Shown piece after piece: positions 30,176 to 39,380 of a stretch of 64,000 bases of DNA. Numbering within the stretch: position 1 is the first letter of the stretch; each line of letters opens with the position of its first letter. The position numbers and the translations under genes were made by a program. The DNA is from a virus (Duplodnaviria > Caudoviricetes), in IMG/VR virus record IMGVR_UViG_3300042507_005041, positions 1 through 64,000 of that record. One strand, 5' to 3'. The notes below the pieces were generated by a model. It was not told where the DNA came from, ran no database searches, and was given only the letters and a program-made list of their open reading frames with translations.

Positions 30176-31999
30176 TCAGAACGGGGATTGTTCTTCATCA
30201 TTATTAACTGTTATTCCATTAATGTTGTTATAAATTTTGTTTTTAATAACAACAGCAACTGGAGTTTTATCGGGTGGAACATACTTTGCAGCAAAGGATC
30301 CATCAGAATCGAGATAAGGTTCGCCTACGCATTGTTGACAGCATTGATTTACAGAGTAAACTGTTTGTCCATTGTCATCAACAACAGGAGTAGATTCACA
30401 GTTTGCAGTCTCTGTATTAGAGTCTCGCAAGAATCCGCAAGGACACACATAAAAGAATGGAGCACATGTGTGGCAAAGAGCTTTAAATTCAAGCTTGTAG
30501 TCAATACCAAGATTCTCAAAGTCTAATCCAACTGTTTGAACAGTAGGATTGTAATTAGACCATTGAGATTCTGTGATAACATTCTTAGAACAAATACTAC
30601 ATGAGTGCATTTCAAGGTCATTATCAGAAGCAATTTCGGTTAAGCAGTCAATGCAAATTACTTTGCCTTTGTCATCAATGTGTTGATACTTTTTAATTTC
30701 TTTTTTGGTATGCTCTGTAGAGAATTTAAATCCATAGCTTTCACCACATCCACATGTAAATACAGTATCGTGTTGAATATGAAGATGTAAGTCCATAGTG
30801 TTAGAGTAAACTATATTTGCATCATCTCTAGAGTAATACATGTCTTTAGATTCAATATAGACAAAGTACTCTTCCAAACAATTTTCGCAAACGTCTCCTT
30901 CTATTGTTTCAGTTATGTCACCAGTACATTCGTCTTCGCAAGAAGCGCAGATAAATACATTGTTGTCTTCGTCTTCATCGTTATTATTGAAGAGTGCAGA
31001 TATGTCAAGTTTTTCTTGACCATTTTTAATACGAGAATCAATAGTAAAATCGTATGGATTGTCTTTAGAATTATGAGTATAATGAATTGGAGAATATGCA
31101 AAAGATTTCTTAAAGAAATCAGCAACGTGTTCGCTAGTAAGCTCATAGTCAGGACGAGATATAATATTATACATTTTAGGAATATTAGTATCAGTATAAT
31201 AAGCTTGGTAGTTACCAAGCATAGCCATAGCAAGAGTTAACTCTTGGCCATTGTCATCATGTTGACCCTGGTTATCCATGTCTTTAACTTTAACAGAGAT
31301 CCAAAGATTAGGATCTAGAGTCCAAGAATGTCCTTCTTCATTTGATTTAAGTTCCCATTCAGCGGGATTAGAAATGTAAGAAGGCATTCCTTTAGATTGG
31401 TAAAAGCGAGGACCATCAGTCTCGCTCATGTTAGCATCGTTGTAGGTTTCTACACCAGAACAGCGTTCAATGAATCGTGAAACTTTTTCATTAAACGGAA
31501 GAGCAGACCAATCGTCTTTATGGTAGAGGCAAATCCAGCCAACACCATTGCCACGATATCCTTTACAGTTAATATTAGGAAGATTAACATGATAAAGAAC
31601 ATTGTTTGGAGAAGTGATTGGATATGGTGAATAGAACATTCTAGCACCAAGAAGATTTCCATTTTCAAAATCACCAATTACAATTCGATAAGGCTGAGCT
31701 ACATAGTAAGTCCGAGCATGTTTATCTCCTTCGTGTGCACCCCAATTAATGTGGTACATGCCGGGAGCATGCTGAGTTACAATCTGGGTATGAGGACCAG
31801 CACTACGAATAGCAAGGACACCAGTTCCATCAAGTGGAAGAAGTCCAGTATCAATAGAAGCGAATTGAGAAAAGCTCTGATAGAAAGATGTAACATCTTT
31901 ATCAGTAACGTGATCAAGGTTAAATGACTTAACCGTTGAACGTATAGAATATGTGCCCTGTTCGTTTTGAACAAGAGAATAATTAAAATTATCAGTCAT
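30176..31999 (-). CDS. Prokaryotic E2 family D-like protein fused to tandem Zn ribbons
   Basis: QPY, LYHVNLPNI...GWICL, YN..N; repeated CxxC pairs in the C-terminal half. Confidence 0.75.
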   Translation of the reverse strand: MTDNFNYSLVQNEQGTYSIRSTVKSFNLDHVTDKDVTSFYQSFSQFASIDTGLLPLDGTGVLAIRSAGPHTQIVTQHAPGMYHINWGAHEGDKHARTYYVAQPYRIVIGDFENGNLLGARMFYSPYPITSPNNVLYHVNLPNINCKGYRGNGVGWICLYHKDDWSALPFNEKVSRFIERCSGVETYNDANMSETDGPRFYQSKGMPSYISNPAEWELKSNEEGHSWTLDPNLWISVKVKDMDNQGQHDDNGQELTLAMAMLGNYQAYYTDTNIPKMYNIISRPDYELTSEHVADFFKKSFAYSPIHYTHNSKDNPYDFTIDSRIKNGQEKLDISALFNNNDEDEDNNVFICASCEDECTGDITETIEGDVCENCLEEYFVYIESKDMYYSRDDANIVYSNTMDLHLHIQHDTVFTCGCGESYGFKFSTEHTKKEIKKYQHIDDKGKVICIDCLTEIASDNDLEMHSCSICSKNVITESQWSNYNPTVQTVGLDFENLGIDYKLEFKALCHTCAPFFYVCPCGFLRDSNTETANCESTPVVDDNGQTVYSVNQCCQQCVGEPYLDSDGSFAAKYVPPDKTPVAVVIKNKIYNNINGITVNNDEEQSPF

Positions 32000-32393
32000 T
32001 GAATTCACCATTTAGTAGTTCGTCTAATCCTAGATCGACATCGACAGAAAAATCACCAAAGGTATTAGCAAACCAATTTGGATCTTTTTCTGCTATTCGA
32101 ATAACTTCTAGTTTAGGAAGGAGTTGATTACGGGCCTCGATAAGATCAGCAACCCGATCTAAGGCTTTAGCAACTTTTTTAAGCTCTTGTTTATCTTCGC
32201 TTATATTAAGAATAAAGCGAATGATAGGCATGTCGTTTAGAGTAAAGTGCTCAACAATTTTGTCAATACGCTCTTCAAGAGAAGAGACTTTAGATTCAAG
32301 CTGCTTTTTTACTTCTCTAGAAGAATCTAGATTGTAATGAAAAGACTTGATAGGAGACAAAGAAGTAGGAATTTTCTCAGGATAAAATGTCAT
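31992..32393 (-). CDS. Coiled-coil hypothetical protein
   Basis: 133-aa ORF. Confidence 0.7.
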   Translation of the reverse strand: MTFYPEKIPTSLSPIKSFHYNLDSSREVKKQLESKVSSLEERIDKIVEHFTLNDMPIIRFILNISEDKQELKKVAKALDRVADLIEARNQLLPKLEVIRIAEKDPNWFANTFGDFSVDVDLGLDELLNGEFND

Positions 32394-32404
32394 ATAAATT
32401 CCGA

Positions 32405-33046
32405 TTAATAGGTATTAAATCCAAGGGATTCTTTGATGGAATTAAAGGAATTAGCTATGTAATTACCTGTATGGAAAAGTGATATATCGACAGAAGCATA
32501 GTCTCTATCGATTATTAATTTCATTGGAACTCTGTTGATTTCCGGACAAAGGGCTTCATATATTTTAATATTTCGCTCAATTGAATGATTCATAATTTTG
32601 TCCATTGAACCAAAGTAAGATCGAATATAAGTTTCGTCTAAGTCAAGCTTAAGTTTCTGAGATGCAAGTTTGATGTTCTTGGCAGTATCTTCAGAAAGCA
32701 TAGCTTCTAAAAACTCTTTAATAGCAAATCTTTTAAGAATAGATTCTTCTAAGACGTCAGCATAAAGTTCTTTTTGAAAACCATTATTGGTAAGCCGATT
32801 AAGAGAAGCAGCCATGCTGCGACTTAAAGCATCTGTATCAAAAATAAAACGATTAGACATTTCATAGAATGCGGTAATCATTCCAGTGCGAATAGCAAAA
32901 CGACCAGAGTTAATTCCTTTGGAATCAATGTAGTCTTTAGTCTGCTCCAAGAATGTGTCAACATCAGGAGCTAAGGGGATAGAAGATGATTGAGATGAAG
33001 TTTCAGAAAACAGGTCATCATCGTTATCAAAGAATTCGTTAGTCAT
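32405..33046 (-). CDS. Hypothetical protein
   Basis: 213-aa ORF. Confidence 0.75.
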   Translation of the reverse strand: MTNEFFDNDDDLFSETSSQSSSIPLAPDVDTFLEQTKDYIDSKGINSGRFAIRTGMITAFYEMSNRFIFDTDALSRSMAASLNRLTNNGFQKELYADVLEESILKRFAIKEFLEAMLSEDTAKNIKLASQKLKLDLDETYIRSYFGSMDKIMNHSIERNIKIYEALCPEINRVPMKLIIDRDYASVDISLFHTGNYIANSFNSIKESLGFNTY

Positions 33047-33085
33047 AAATTTCCAGACTTTAGAAGGGCTGTATTTTGTATTAGG

Positions 33086-33163
33086 TGCGGGCGACGGGAT
33101 TTGAACCCGTGTGTCACCAAGCTACGGTTTCTACACTTTATAAGAGTGAGCCGATACGCCCGC
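33086..33163 (-). tRNA. Atypical tRNA-Ile(TAT) lacking a D-arm
   Basis: Perfect acceptor GCGGGCG/CGCCCGC, T-arm ACGGG-TTCAAAT-CCCGT, anticodon loop CTTATAA; only about 8 nt between acceptor and anticodon stems. Confidence 0.7.
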
Positions 33164-33207
33164 TTGAAATAGCGGAGACGTATCGATACATATTCGAAAA
33201 TCTAAAT

Positions 33208-33483
33208 TCATACTTCGTAAGATCCTTTTTTAGGCTGCTGCTTAACAATAAGAGGTATAGCACGCAAACCAAGTGGAGTAATAGTATACATGTTATCTTT
33301 GAATTTAGCAAAACCAAAGTTAACTAATTTGTCAAGAGATAACTCTGCTTTATTAAGTTCTTTATATTTTGCAGGAGCTAAATTGAAAAGATTTTCTTTA
33401 GTAACAGGTCGGTGTACCATCTTTAGATAAAGTAGTGCGACATGGGTTTTAGAATTGCGTCTGATCAAAACTCTAGAAGTCAT
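33208..33483 (-). CDS. Winged-helix protein
   Basis: L.KLV..G.......Y.ITPLG. Confidence 0.7.
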   Translation of the reverse strand: MTSRVLIRRNSKTHVALLYLKMVHRPVTKENLFNLAPAKYKELNKAELSLDKLVNFGFAKFKDNMYTITPLGLRAIPLIVKQQPKKGSYEV

Positions 33484-33510
33484 TTAAATATCCTTTATAA
33501 AATAAAAAAT

Positions 33511-33790
33511 TGATAACAGGTAATGGGGCAAATATAGGGCCACTAGCTTCATTACTTTTCCGTTAGCAATTCAACCGGCTTATTTCTGTGTTTTACCACG
33601 TTGTAAGTTTGAATTAGCTAGCTGTTATCAAATCAATTGGTGACACCGTCGCTATACGTCCCAGTAAGCGCCAGTGTCACCAAATCAATTTGACCAGTAG
33701 TAGTTACGGGGAATATAGGCCCACGTGCTATGTGTAACTATTAATATCGTTCCGAAATTCAAAATAGTAAATCGAACACGCTACTGATCA
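33511..33790 (-). ncRNA. Tandem array of three stem-closed small RNAs
   Basis: Closing stems TGATAACAG/CTGTTATCA, GGTGACAC/GTGTCACC and TGACCAGTAG/CTACTGATCA, separated by AATCAATT. Confidence 0.6.
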
Positions 33791-33795
33791 AAATC

Positions 33796-34266
33796 TTAGT
33801 GAATTCTAAATCCACCACAGTTCTCAAGAAAGACTTGAAATTCTTTCATAAGATTTAAATCCATATGGTAATGGGCTGCAAAAGATTTAACTTTTAAAGT
33901 TCCATCGCAGACATTACAGGTTTTAGTAAGAATGGTACCATCTAATTGATCCCAATCACGAGTACCTTGATTGTTGCAATAAGAACAATCTTCAAGAGGA
34001 ATAGAGTTTAGATGTTCATAGTATTGTTTGATATACTCTTCAATGGTTCCGTTTTCTAAATCTTTTTTTAAAAGTTTAGCTAAGGCAGTTGCGTCTCGAG
34101 AATTGAGACCAGAACCAGAGTTATCATGAGGAGATTCACACTTCTGACAAAGTGTAGGATGAAGCTGGTCTAGGCAGTCCCACAAAGGATGCCAATACCA
34201 AACATTAGAACGAAAGTATTCGCCTTGTTCGTTTTTGGGATTGTTACCATAAACGTCCATGCCCAT
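33796..34266 (-). CDS. Phage hypothetical protein with a DnaJ-like CxxC insert
   Basis: MGMDVYG, YFR.NVW.W.PLW, CSYC..GTR/CNVCDG, FL..CGGF. Confidence 0.75.
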   Translation of the reverse strand: MGMDVYGNNPKNEQGEYFRSNVWYWHPLWDCLDQLHPTLCQKCESPHDNSGSGLNSRDATALAKLLKKDLENGTIEEYIKQYYEHLNSIPLEDCSYCNNQGTRDWDQLDGTILTKTCNVCDGTLKVKSFAAHYHMDLNLMKEFQVFLENCGGFRIH

Positions 34267-34268
34267 AA

Positions 34269-34532
34269 TTAATCCTCCACAAGTTTAGTGTATACTTCAC
34301 CGTTTTCTTTTATTTTTGTATCTTCATATGGTGCTGCAATACGACGATAAAGTTCTAGTTTTGCGCACTCTAAAGCTCCAATAACTTCATTGATAGTAGA
34401 GTAAGACTTACCCTTTTTGTCAATAAAATGATTAATAAGAGTAGAGATATAATAGTTTAACTCGCCGGCATTGACTATAGCTTCAGGGCTAAGCAATATC
34501 TCGGGACGGAGTTCAGGTTTAATGTAGGGCAT
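34269..34532 (-). CDS. Conserved phage protein (DUF6899-like)
   Basis: MPYIK...GELNY...GALECAKLELYRR..APYED.K...NG. Confidence 0.8.
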   Translation of the reverse strand: MPYIKPELRPEILLSPEAIVNAGELNYYISTLINHFIDKKGKSYSTINEVIGALECAKLELYRRIAAPYEDTKIKENGEVYTKLVED

Positions 34533-34533
34533 T

Positions 34534-35002
34534 TTAATCTTTCCAGTTTGAAATTATTTCATCAAAGTTTTCAATAAACTCTTCTTCATCTTCTTCAGTA
34601 AAAATCTGGTCCCAACATTGTGGATGAGTTCCAGATATCATTGATTCTCTAGTTGCAGAGTCAAGATGTGGAAATACATTTTGAATATAATTGTGATTTA
34701 CTTTCCAGCTATTGTATTGAGACTGAGTCATCATAAAAGTAATGCTGTCGCCACAATAAATGCAAGTGTTTGTATACGCATAATCAGCTAAAGTAGAATC
34801 ACCTGATACTCTAATAATAGTGGGAGGGTTATTCATGGTCTTCCTTTTGATCTGAGTAATACCAATTGTTTGTAGAAGAATAAATAAATTTAGAGGCTAC
34901 ATAAAAAATTAATATAGCAAATATTGCAACAAACGTAGATTGAGTAAGAGCTATGTAAAGTAGATGAAGATATGAGAATAATATTTTAATAATATCTATC
35001 AT
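34534..35002 (-). CDS. Two small ORFs (34534-34836 Zn-binding; 34829-35002 membrane)
   Basis: CIYC...IQ..FP.L....RE..ISG.H..CW; the second ORF starts just after the tRNA. Confidence 0.65.
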
Positions 35003-35004
35003 AG

Positions 35005-35078
35005 TGGGCCCTCTGGGACTTGAACCCAGGACCAACGGATTATGAGTCCGGCGCTCTAACCAACTGAGCTAAGGGCCC
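35005..35078 (-). tRNA. tRNA-Ile2/Met (CAT), most likely lysidine-type Ile2
   Basis: Cloverleaf; loop CTCATAA; sequence resembles ileX-type tRNAs. Confidence 0.9.
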
Positions 35079-35106
35079 GAAGAACTGTTGTGATTACTTG
35101 TGTCTG

Positions 35107-35246
35107 GGTTCAAGTAAATTGGTATACTCACTTTGTGGACGGCTAGTCGTAAACGAATAGTTACCCGTAACAAAGGGGACAGTTAACTCCCAAAATTTAA
35201 GTGATTGCACATCACTACATGACATTAATCACTTGAGACTGGAACC
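35107..35246 (-). ncRNA. Multi-branched structured RNA upstream of tRNA-Ile2
   Basis: Outer stem GGTTCAAGT/ACTGGAACC and three inner hairpins, including AAGTGATT/AATCACTT. Confidence 0.4.
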
Positions 35247-35367
35247 ATTAAACTAAAAGTAGAAAAAGATATTTTATAGTTATTGATATATTTTTCTGTT
35301 GTTTTTTGTTCTTCCAATTCCCGATCTAATTGATCGAGATCATGTTGTTCAATTGAACCTGAGCACA

Positions 35368-35966
35368 TTATAGTTTTCCTTTTCCGGGAAGATATTCAGT
35401 AACATTTAATGAAGTGAACATAACAGTTGGTTGATCATACTTGTCGTACTGAGCGCCAATGTCTAGTAGTTCAAGCAATTCATCTTTTAATAATTTGGTA
35501 GCGAGCTTATCATCCTGGAATTCTCCAGGAATAGAAGCTTCGATTTCAACAATAAGTTTAACTTGCATGTTAGGCTTCGCCTCCACGTTTTTTGTATTGA
35601 GTAAGTGCTTGTTCTAAAGTAGAACAGTAGTCACCATGTTCTGCAGCAAATCCTTCAGGACGAGCAATAATATCCCACACTACGTATGGGTGAAGCTCGC
35701 CTTCTTTGTGGCAGATGGAAACCCAGACTGCATAGGAATCATCTGGTATACGTTCAGCTTTTTTGGTAGAAGCAATAACCATACGGTTAGTAGTTCCAAC
35801 AATGTCACCAATACGAAGTTCATTAAGTAGGTTTAATTCATTGGTCATAGATTTTTCTTTCTTGATGAACTCTACAAAAGAGACTAAAAGAAATAGCCCT
35901 ACGTAAACATTGAGTTTTTTTAGATGTTAAAGCAGAACATTTTCTTGGATTTATTTTTAATGTCAT
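35368..35966 (-). CDS. Three small hypothetical ORFs (35368-35586, 35570-35848, 35838-35966)
   Basis: Overlapping co-oriented ORFs; the last has a C..C..C..H pattern. Confidence 0.65.
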
Positions 35967-35968
35967 AG

Positions 35969-36041
35969 TACGCCCTCCGGGGCTCGAACCCGGGACACAT
36001 GGATTAAAAGTCCACTGCTCTACCAACTGAGCTAAAGGCGC
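35969..36041 (-). tRNA. tRNA-Lys(TTT)
   Basis: Cloverleaf; loop CTTTTAA. Confidence 0.95.
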
Positions 36042-36348
36042 TTGTTGGTATTAATTTACAGGTACTTATCTTTTATAAAATAAAGAGAATAAGAAATAAT
36101 GAATACTAAAGAAAAAGTAATTAGTGCATTAATAAACATGTTAATCCATAATTTTTTCAAGAATCCAGATAACAGCAACGATAATAGTTAAGGTTACTAC
36201 TACTTCAATCATTTAAGTCCTCGACGTTCTTGATTTGCTTTGCGAGCAGAATCAATTAGTTCTTTAATTTCTTTTTCTTCTTCACGAAGTGAAGCAAAAG
36301 TTAAGATACCCCATAGGGAACCAATTGCAATGATAACATAAAGTAGCA

Positions 36349-37315
36349 TTATAGATAAATCTCATCGTCTTTTTCATGCTGAGCTTTAAGCTTTGCAGCA
36401 GGGATAATTCGAGATTCTAATTGCTTTGAAGTTCTTTTAAAAGACTTACGCTTTTTAATTTTATAACCAGCATCATGAAGGTCTGTTACAATTTGTTCAG
36501 GAATACCATGCCAAATTGTAACACCACATCGAGTCAATGAGTGAGCAATGATATCAAGTTTATGCTTGGTGTGTAGTTTTAAATACATTAGAAGTAATGC
36601 TCATTTCTATGTAGAGAATCGTAAACATTTTTATAAGATTTACGACGCTGCTTAGCAGCTTTTCTAAAACGATAACGAATAATTAAGTCTTGAATAAAAT
36701 TTATCATTTTAAATAATCCAAGTGTTTGGATCTGATTTTGGATTGTGAATATAAAGAATATCGCAATCAATACTATAAGCATCAAACAACTTATTAGTCC
36801 AGTCGTTAGCTGATTCAATCGTGTGGAATGGACCCCAAGAAGTAGTGGTGTCTATACCACGGTATGTAACAATATAGGAAATAGTGTTATCATAACGCTT
36901 AGGAAACATTTCTTCATAGTATTGAATACTATTCATACCATAGTACCTAGAAGGTACATCTTCACGTATCATTTGCATGATTTGTTTTGGTATTTGTGCG
37001 GTTTTTTGTATGAGATTCATATTAAAAATTAACCTTAATAACATTGTCAGGAATATCCTGAGATTTTGGATTGTATAACATAATTTTAGCTTTGGCTAAA
37101 GAATAGTTACTTTCGGAAAAAGTTTTAATGTCCTTTGTTGAAACATCTTCCCAGTAGTCGGATCTGTAAATAAAAAGAACACGACCATCAGGAAAGATAA
37201 AATCAAGACGATAGCCTGTATCAGAAGTAAAATATTCTAGTGCAGAAGAAATATTTTCAAAGTGATCATGAATTTGGCCATCATTAGACCGAGTGTAATA
37301 GGTAATATTAGTCAT
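36349..37315 (-). CDS. Small hypothetical ORFs (36349-36588, 36709-37044, 37022-37315)
   Basis: Packed co-oriented ORFs; exact starts uncertain. Confidence 0.55.
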
Positions 37316-37518
37316 TAGATATACTTCCATTGATCAATGCCTGGGATAAGGCCTAAAGTAGAGCCATCATCCCAATCTGCAAATACAGTTCCATTGGAAT
37401 CAATAGCTGTTACTTTTCCTTGAGAACCAGGAACAAGGTTAGTGTACTTGTCATTGCAAGATACAATTTCAATTCGTCTACCTAATAGGTGAGACATGTC
37501 ATATTTAGGTTTTTTCAT
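37315..37518 (-). CDS. DUF4314-like SH3-fold protein
   Basis: G.RIE.V...D.Y....PG..G.V..ID..GT....WD.GS.LGLIPG.D. Confidence 0.85.
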   Translation of the reverse strand: MKKPKYDMSHLLGRRIEIVSCNDKYTNLVPGSQGKVTAIDSNGTVFADWDDGSTLGLIPGIDQWKYI

Positions 37519-37697
37519 AGCTTAAAAAATATATATTGATTAGGAGTAAGAAGATTAAAATGATTACACATAGGTTCAATTAATTGACAAACGTAATCAA
37601 CTAAAGGAGAATCGGTTGAAGATTCAAGAAGTTTATATAATTGTTTATATAATAATTTAAATTCTTCTTCTGATATTTGATATTTAGGTTTTGTCAT
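37515..37697 (-). CDS. Small hypothetical protein
   Basis: ATG lies 2 nt after the tRNA-Asn discriminator. Confidence 0.6.
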   Translation of the reverse strand: MTKPKYQISEEEFKLLYKQLYKLLESSTDSPLVDYVCQLIEPMCNHFNLLTPNQYIFFKL

Positions 37698-37699
37698 AG

Positions 37700-37772
37700 C
37701 TCCCAGAGTAGGGCTCGAACCTACGACCAACGGATTAACAGTCCGTAGCTCTGCCAACTGAGCTATCTGGGA
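37700..37772 (-). tRNA. tRNA-Asn(GTT)
   Basis: Cloverleaf; loop CTGTTAA. Confidence 0.95.
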
Positions 37773-38018
37773 ATAATATTTACCAAGTAACGGCAAATAT
37801 AAACATAGTTGTAAGGACTAAAAATAAAACAAGAGTTTCATATCGGTATTGAACATACTTACGTCCAAGCTTAATACCTTTTCTATAGATATTATTAGTG
37901 TACTTATCGTGCCAATCAGCACCTGAGTAAGTGTGCCAATGATGATCTTCTATTTTATCAAAGTTCTTAACAGCGTAATCGAATCCAAATAAAAAAGATT
38001 TAATTTTAAGCTTCATAA

Positions 38019-38492
38019 TTAGCTAGCAAGATAGGCATTAAGATCTGGTTTATATTCATCACAGATGTATGTGATAGCGCCATAAATAATGGATGCAAAC
38101 AAAGCATTGTCAGAGTAACCAGTTGAGTTATCAGAAAGATAACTTACAATCCAAGGGATTGTTCTTCCTTGATTAAGAGCGTTACAAATGGTATCGCCAT
38201 ATTCAATAAGAGTGCCCTTGCTAATGGTGTTAGCTTGTCCAGAGTTATTGTATACGTGATCAAGGTATGCATCATACTTGTTAACTGAAGGAACAGGAGT
38301 AGGAGCAAAGGTTTGTGCTGGAACATCATTGTTCACAGAAGTTGATTGCTTGTCTCCAGGAGCAAGAATAACTGCAATCAATAATACAAATGCTGCAACA
38401 GCAAAAGCAATTGCATACTTTGGATTAATCGTGATGTTCTTCTTAGGTTCCTGTACAGGAGGTTGTGGTGGATTAAAGTTTTCGTCAGTCAT
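38019..38492 (-). CDS. Membrane-anchored DUF732-like protein
   Basis: TM helix, then YL.....G...IC.AL..G...A...IC. Confidence 0.7.
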   Translation of the reverse strand: MTDENFNPPQPPVQEPKKNITINPKYAIAFAVAAFVLLIAVILAPGDKQSTSVNNDVPAQTFAPTPVPSVNKYDAYLDHVYNNSGQANTISKGTLIEYGDTICNALNQGRTIPWIVSYLSDNSTGYSDNALFASIIYGAITYICDEYKPDLNAYLAS

Positions 38493-38543
38493 ATAATTTC
38501 TTTCTAGTTAAAGTAATGTTGAATTGTATTATACCATAAAAAT

Positions 38544-38629
38544 TGGTACCCGAGACCGGACTTGAACCGGTAAGAGGTTGCCCTCCGGGGGGTTTAAGCC
38601 CCCTGCGTCTGCCATTCCGCCACTCGGGC
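38544..38629 (-). tRNA. tRNA-Leu(TAA)
   Basis: Cloverleaf with long variable arm; encoded CCA. Confidence 0.95.
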
Positions 38630-38776
38630 TAGAATTATAATCGTCCTAAGATTTTATCTTTAAGACAATCTAAGCATAGCAGTTGATTAAGAATAACAGA
38701 CATATTAACATCTTTAGAAACAACTCCACAATGAGAACATTTCTTAGAGTTGTTGTAAGTGTGAGATGGATTAATA

Positions 38777-39380
38777 TTAGTTTGTTTCTTTTTCATAATT
38801 TAAAAATTGCTCTTCATTCATACCAGGGTTTATAAGAAACCTATGCATTAAAGCATAGTACTCGTCGACATGTTCAATGTCTTCCTTGGTGATGCGAGAT
38901 CCATTATAGTCAACATATGTGAGATTGCTCTCATCAAATACTGTGCCGATAAATGAAATAATTTCTCTAGTAATCTTTAAATTATTAAGGTCCTCAGGAG
39001 AGGATGTAATCATCATTGCTGTAGTCATCGCAATCCTTTCTAATTGTAGGGGATGATTAAATATTATTATATATTGTAAAAATAGTGCGCATTAATTCTG
39101 GGGAAATGTTATTGTTTTGAGAATCAAAAATAAGACAATTTCCATAAAGAGTAGAATATTCGTAATCGTTAGAATAAGTTCTATATAAAAATGTAGCCGG
39201 TTTGTTAACCTTAGATTCAACAGAATAATCTAAATAAGATAAAACCATATTAAAATTATTTAACTTTATAGTGTAAACATTAGTGGTTCCAAATGAATAG
39301 TTTAATAAACTGTCATAATTGTCAGTTATAATATTAGGATATTCATTGTGGTTATACGAAATGTATAAAGATTGAATCAT
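38777..39380 (-). CDS. Two hypothetical ORFs (38777-39028, 39057-39380)
   Basis: Co-oriented; the first has an AAGGA RBS. Confidence 0.6.

Noticed and set aside
33511-33790. CRISPR or canonical TIGR array
   Set aside because: No constant-length repeats or spacers and no 36-nt periodicity; no cas genes seen
33085-37796. ORF-track entries running through tRNAs (33085-33327 and the 5' extensions of 34829, 35838, 37515)
   Set aside because: They translate tRNA sequence; better starts lie just past the tRNA 3' ends
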